Below, piece by piece: positions 60,257-64,000 of a stretch of 64,000 nucleotides of DNA (positions within the stretch are counted from its first letter, which is position 1; each line of letters opens with the position of its first letter). The stretch is taken from assembly GCA_037142615.1 (NCBI GenBank), contig JBAXAI010000014.1:1-64000 (forward strand), read 5' to 3'. The notes beneath the pieces are model-generated. The model did no database searches and was not told the origin of the DNA. It was given only the letters and a program-made list of their open reading frames with translations. Position numbers and translations under genes: made by a program. The DNA is from Spirochaetales bacterium. GTDB lineage: Bacteria > Spirochaetota > Spirochaetia > JABEVK01.

Positions 60257-61417
60257 ATGGACTACCCGAGGACCCTCGACCTCGCCACATTGGCGCAGTC
60301 CAAGTCGCTCTTTCTCTTCGGACCTCGAAGTACCGGCAAGTCGACCTTGATCCGGGCGCAGTTTGGCGAGGCCGTCACGGTCAATCTCCTGCGAAGCAGC
60401 GTCTTCCTCGAGCTTTCGCAGCGCCCCTCGAACCTCGCCGACCTTTGCCGCGAAATCGCTCGCAACAGCCCGTTGTTCGTCATCGACGAGATCCAGAAAC
60501 TCCCCCAACTTCTCGACGAAGTGCACCACCTGATCGAAACCACAAAGCTTCACTTTGTGCTCACTGGCTCGAGCGCGCGTAAGCTCAGGCGGTCGGGCGT
60601 CAACTTGCTGGCTGGCCGAGCGTGGCAGGCCAACCTGTTCCCACTCACTTCCGCTGAGCTTGGCGAGGTCGACCTCGACCGCTACCTGTTGTACGGGGGC
60701 CTTCCGCAGGTGGTCACCAGCGCGCTTCCTCTGGAAGAACTCGACGCCTACGTGAACACCTACCTGAAAGAGGAGATCAAGGAAGAGGCGCTCGTGCAGA
60801 ACTTCGCGCATTTCTCGCGGTTCTTGAAGGTGGCCGCGCTGGGCAATACCGAACAGCTGAACTTTGCCAAAGTGTCGCAAGACACGGGAATCGCAGCGAG
60901 TTCCGTCAGGTCGTACTTCGAAGTGCTGACCGACACCTTCATTGGCTTCCAGCTGGAACCGTGGCAGGGAGCGACGAGCCGCAAGGCCGTGGCAACCTCG
61001 AAGTTCTATTTCTTCGATGTCGGCGTGGCCAATTTTCTTCGCGGCAACCTGACTCTGCCGCGTCACACGCAGGAGTTCGGCAAGAGCCTCGAGCACTTCA
61101 TCGCCATGGAGCTTCGGGCCTGGCTTTCGTACCGACGCCTCAAGAAGCCCCTGAGCTACTGGCGCACCCAGACTGGTATCGAGGTGGACTTTATTGTCGG
61201 CGACGGACTGGCCATCGAGGTCAAGTCGACCTCCAAAGTCACCGACAGCGACCTCAAAGGCTTGCGAGTTCTTCGCAAAGAGCGTCCCGACCTGCAGGCA
61301 ATTGTCGTCTCGCAAGATGAAGTGGCCCGGCAGACCGCCGATGGCATCCGTGTTTTGCCGTGGCGACAGTTCCTGACCGAGCTGTGGGCGGGGGGCGTCA
61401 TGCCCAAGCCGGCGTGA
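60257..61417 (+). CDS. AAA_14 ATPase with DUF4143 C-terminus
   Basis: GPRSTGKST, IDEIQK, TGSSARKL, KFYFFDVG, EVDF..IEVK; TTGATT-17-TAAGAT-6-ATG. Confidence 0.9.
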   Translation: MDYPRTLDLATLAQSKSLFLFGPRSTGKSTLIRAQFGEAVTVNLLRSSVFLELSQRPSNLADLCREIARNSPLFVIDEIQKLPQLLDEVHHLIETTKLHFVLTGSSARKLRRSGVNLLAGRAWQANLFPLTSAELGEVDLDRYLLYGGLPQVVTSALPLEELDAYVNTYLKEEIKEEALVQNFAHFSRFLKVAALGNTEQLNFAKVSQDTGIAASSVRSYFEVLTDTFIGFQLEPWQGATSRKAVATSKFYFFDVGVANFLRGNLTLPRHTQEFGKSLEHFIAMELRAWLSYRRLKKPLSYWRTQTGIEVDFIVGDGLAIEVKSTSKVTDSDLKGLRVLRKERPDLQAIVVSQDEVARQTADGIRVLPWRQFLTELWAGGVMPKPA

Positions 61418-61489
61418 GTTGGGGCTGACACGCCCCCCACGGCGAGCTATGCCCACGCAAGCGTGGCCATGATCTCGCCGTCCCCCAGT
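61389..61489. repeat. Double-hairpin element, copy A
   Basis: CGGGGGGCGTCA...GCTGACACGCCCCCC-ACGGCGAG...CTCGCCGT-CCCCCAGT. Confidence 0.75.
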
Positions 61490-61536
61490 AGGTATCCAAG
61501 CACCATTAGTGCACCGGTCGATGGTATGCTACAGTC

Positions 61537-61741
61537 ATTACCGTGTACCTGGACAACTGTTGCTATAACCGACCCTACGATGATCAGACGCAGATTCGCG
61601 TGCTTTTGGAGGCCGACTCACTTCACCTCGCTTGTGCAATCTTCGGAAAACACCGAGTGGCGCAAAGAGAGTCTATTTCCGGGCCTGACTGTCGAACAGA
61701 TCCACGATCTGGCCGCCCAGGAATCTCGGACCGGGAGCTAG
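61537..61741 (+). pseudogene. Collapsed PIN toxin-antitoxin remnant
   Basis: VYLDNCCYNRPYDDQTQIRV joined directly to DSLHLACA; then, in another frame, TEWRKESLFPGLTVEQI (antitoxin-like C-terminus). ATT sits where the start should be. Confidence 0.7.
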
Positions 61742-61808
61742 CCTATTGTCTCAGGCGGCGTCATTGTCGGGGTTGACCGTATGCTATAATTCTTCCGAGG
61801 TTGCCACC

Positions 61809-62036
61809 ATGCCCAACTACCATCAGCGGATCTCGTCGTCTCCCGATGTCCTTTCTGGCAAGCCCGTTATTAGAGGAACACGGATTTCGGTCGAACTTAT
61901 CCTGACCCGGCTCGCCGAAGGCGCCACCGTCGAATGGCTACTGGACGCCTGGCCCCACCTGACCCGTGACGACGTTCTGGCGGCCTTGGCGTATTCAGCC
62001 AGCGTTGTGGCTAGCGAGGAAATGCTGGTTGTCTGA
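61809..62036 (+). CDS. DUF433 antitoxin (VapB45-like)
   Basis: ISSSPDVLSGKPVIRGTRISVELIL..PHLTRDDVLAALAY; TGcTATAAT upstream. Confidence 0.92.
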   Translation: MPNYHQRISSSPDVLSGKPVIRGTRISVELILTRLAEGATVEWLLDAWPHLTRDDVLAALAYSASVVASEEMLVV

Positions 62037-62385
62037 ACCGCTTCTTCTCGCTGATGAAAACCTCCATCGACGCATCATTGAGGCCCTCCGCGGCGCCGGC
62101 TGCATCGTGCGCTCGATCCGCGAAGAGTCTCCCGGGCTTCCCGATCGAGGGGTACTGCAGATCGCACTGGAAGCAGGGGCTGTTCTCGTCACCGAAGACT
62201 CGGACTTTGGTGAACTTGTCTTTGCCCACGCGCATCCCAGTCTGGGAATTGTGTACCTCAGGTACGCGCCTGGAGAAGTCGATGCAATCTCAGCCTCGCT
62301 GTTGGGTCTCATCAAAAGTCGTCCTTTGCTTGGCAAGTTTTGCACGTTGACGGCAACCAAAATACGAACAAGGGAGCTTCCATGA
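62029..62385 (+). CDS. DUF5615 PIN-like toxin (VapC45-like)
   Basis: LLADENL, PDRGVL, LVTEDSDFGELVF; TTG start overlapping DUF433. Confidence 0.88.
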   Translation: MSEPLLLADENLHRRIIEALRGAGCIVRSIREESPGLPDRGVLQIALEAGAVLVTEDSDFGELVFAHAHPSLGIVYLRYAPGEVDAISASLLGLIKSRPLLGKFCTLTATKIRTRELP

Positions 62386-62656
62386 CCTTCCAAATGGGCG
62401 AGTTATTCTGCGGTCCAGGCGGCATCGCCAAAGGCGTCGACCTGGCCAACCAGGCCATGGCTGGCCAAGGCATCCACGTGCAACATGCCTAGGCCACCGA
62501 CTACCACCCCGAAACATGGGAAACCTACCGGCTAAATATTTTCCCAACCAACCCGAAAAAGTGGTGTGCGCCGACATCCGCACCCTCGACTACAGCGTGC
62601 TCCGTGGGCTGGGCGAAATCGACGGGCTGCTCGTCCTCGAAGTCGGGGGGCGTTAG
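62382..62656 (+). pseudogene. DNA (cytosine-5) methyltransferase fragment
   Basis: MTFQMGELFCGPGG (motif I), TAG at 62490, frameshift to VVCADIRTLD..GEIDGL, truncated before the catalytic PC motif. Confidence 0.8.
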
Positions 62657-62740
62657 GTCTACGCGACCACTGAGTTCGCCCATTTGGGCGACACGCTGAT
62701 ACGCCCCCCCACGGCGCACAGGATTGCGCCGTCCCCCAGT
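62644..62740. repeat. Double-hairpin element, copy B
   Basis: CGGGGGGCGTTA...GCTGATACGCCCCCCC-ACGGCGCA...TGCGCCGT-CCCCCAGT. Confidence 0.75.
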
Positions 62741-62766
62741 GGTGGCCCATGTGATATAGTTCCCAA

Positions 62767-64000
62767 ATGGACAAACTCGACTACGCGACGTATCAGCGCT
62801 TGCTGGCTCCGGGAACTTCCTTGGGCTCTTTCAGCGTTCAAAAAGTGACGCCCGATGTAACCGTACTCTTGGGTGATCCACAGATTCGCCGAGGGGCTAC
62901 CTCTGGCACGGTTGCTGCGCCACGCTACCTGCCCACACCCTTGCTACTGGAGATCTGCAACGCCATCCTCACCGGATCACTTCCCTTCGAGGTACTGAAG
63001 GACAACCGCAAGGAGAAGGGACTTTCCCAGGCACTGCTCGATCTCGGAATTGCGCATGACACCTACATACTTGGCTACGACTCCAACATTCTTCGAATCC
63101 ACGAGTTTGTCGTGTCAAAGTTGGGTAGCTACAGGCCGTCACTCCGACCTTCGGCCCCCCTCCCCAAACCTTTCCTCCTCCTCGCCGGCATTTCCGGTAC
63201 CGGCAAAACGCGATGGGTGCGCCAAAGGGCCGTCCCCGGCAAGAACAACGTCAAGGTCATCCCCGTGCGCCCCGACTGGCACGAACCGACGGACCTGTTG
63301 GGCTATGTCAGCCGAATCTCGACCCCCGAAAAGTACGTGTCGCCCACTGGGTTGCCGGCTTTTCTGATCGAAGCCTGGCGCGACTGCTGGGCCGCCTCAC
63401 CGACACTGACGCCAGCGGCCGCTGCGGTGGACGCCATGACCCCCTTCTGGCTTTGCCTCGACGAGATGAACCTCGCTCCCGTGGAGCAGTACTTTGCCGA
63501 CTACTTGAGCGTGCTCGAGGAACGTCACTGGACGGGAGGAGTTTACTCGTGTCCCCCTTTGCTGAAGTTTGAATCGCCCGAGGTGGCAACCCTGATCCGC
63601 GAAGCGTTGATGATTCCCCTGGATGACTCCCTCTGGAGTCAGTTCTTGAACGCCGACGAACCCGGCATTCCGCTTCCCCCCAACCTGGTTGTGGTCGGTA
63701 CCGTCAACATGGACGAGACCACCCACGGCTTCAGCCGCAAGGTGCTCGACCGCGCGCTGACCATTGAGTTCGACGACGTCGACTTCGGGCTCTACGGAGG
63801 CACCCAGCTGGCCGACGAGCTCACAACCGTCCTGCCGTGGACGAGCCTTGGGCACCTGACCGACGTCAACGACTTTCCTGCACCGCCGTCCGCCAAAGCC
63901 GAGGTTCTCGACTTCCTCGAACATTGGAACCTCAAGAACGCCCAGACTCCGTTTCGCATTGCTTACCGCACCATCAACGAGTCGCTTCTGATCGCCGGTT
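62767..64000 (+). CDS. McrB-family AAA+ GTPase (partial, runs off the window; absent from the ORF track)
   Basis: Open from ATG 62767: KPFLLLAGISGTGKT (Walker A 63187), PVRPDW, LDEMNLAPVEQYF (63457), GTVNMDETT (63706), SRKVLDRA. Confidence 0.92.
   Translation, partial: MDKLDYATYQRLLAPGTSLGSFSVQKVTPDVTVLLGDPQIRRGATSGTVAAPRYLPTPLLLEICNAILTGSLPFEVLKDNRKEKGLSQALLDLGIAHDTYILGYDSNILRIHEFVVSKLGSYRPSLRPSAPLPKPFLLLAGISGTGKTRWVRQRAVPGKNNVKVIPVRPDWHEPTDLLGYVSRISTPEKYVSPTGLPAFLIEAWRDCWAASPTLTPAAAAVDAMTPFWLCLDEMNLAPVEQYFADYLSVLEERHWTGGVYSCPPLLKFESPEVATLIREALMIPLDDSLWSQFLNADEPGIPLPPNLVVVGTVNMDETTHGFSRKVLDRALTIEFDDVDFGLYGGTQLADELTTVLPWTSLGHLTDVNDFPAPPSAKAEVLDFLEHWNLKNAQTPFRIAYRTINESLLIAG

Noticed and set aside
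62651-62710. Integron attC site (GTTAGGT fits GTTRRRY)
   Set aside because: The motif is at the 5' end of the hairpin, there is no matching RYYYAAC, copy A lacks it, and no integrase is in the window.

Overview
GC-rich bacterial chromosome segment. The gene inventory suggests a free-living spirochaete (BMP lipoprotein, Rpn nuclease, many lipoproteins); this is inference, not a database result. The core (about 3.9-60 kb) is metabolic and transport DNA: an FGGY kinase, araBAD with a LacI regulator, glutathione peroxidase, metH, several sensor kinases and a GGDEF protein, udk, a two-component-controlled sugar ABC transporter, a BMP nucleoside ABC operon with deoD, glgA, SulP, a TetR unit, surface lipoproteins, and an Fe3+/polyamine-type ABC operon ending in a stand-alone homocysteine methyltransferase. 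Both ends are accessory toxin-antitoxin/defence patches. Left end: IS66 right end, a BrnT/BrnA-like pair, DUF2442 and AbrB remnants, a nucleotidyltransferase pair, an Rpn gene with an internal RBS, and Phd(CTG start)/VapC. Right end: AAA_14 ATPase, a collapsed PIN-TA remnant, DUF433/DUF5615, a C5-methyltransferase pseudogene, and an McrB-like GTPase running off the window. Most notable unexplained signals: (1) two copies of a ~100-bp double-hairpin element with conserved stems, a conserved bulge and unrelated loops at junctions in the right defence patch; (2) a pervasive leaderless-promoter grammar (TAnnnT, 5-7 nt, ATG); (3) an intragenic Rpn antitoxin start; (4) an Ig-YwaF-ICMT fusion; (5) a transglutaminase-like/TPR protein coupled to an NHL lipoprotein. 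No rRNA, tRNA or genuine CRISPR array was recognised.
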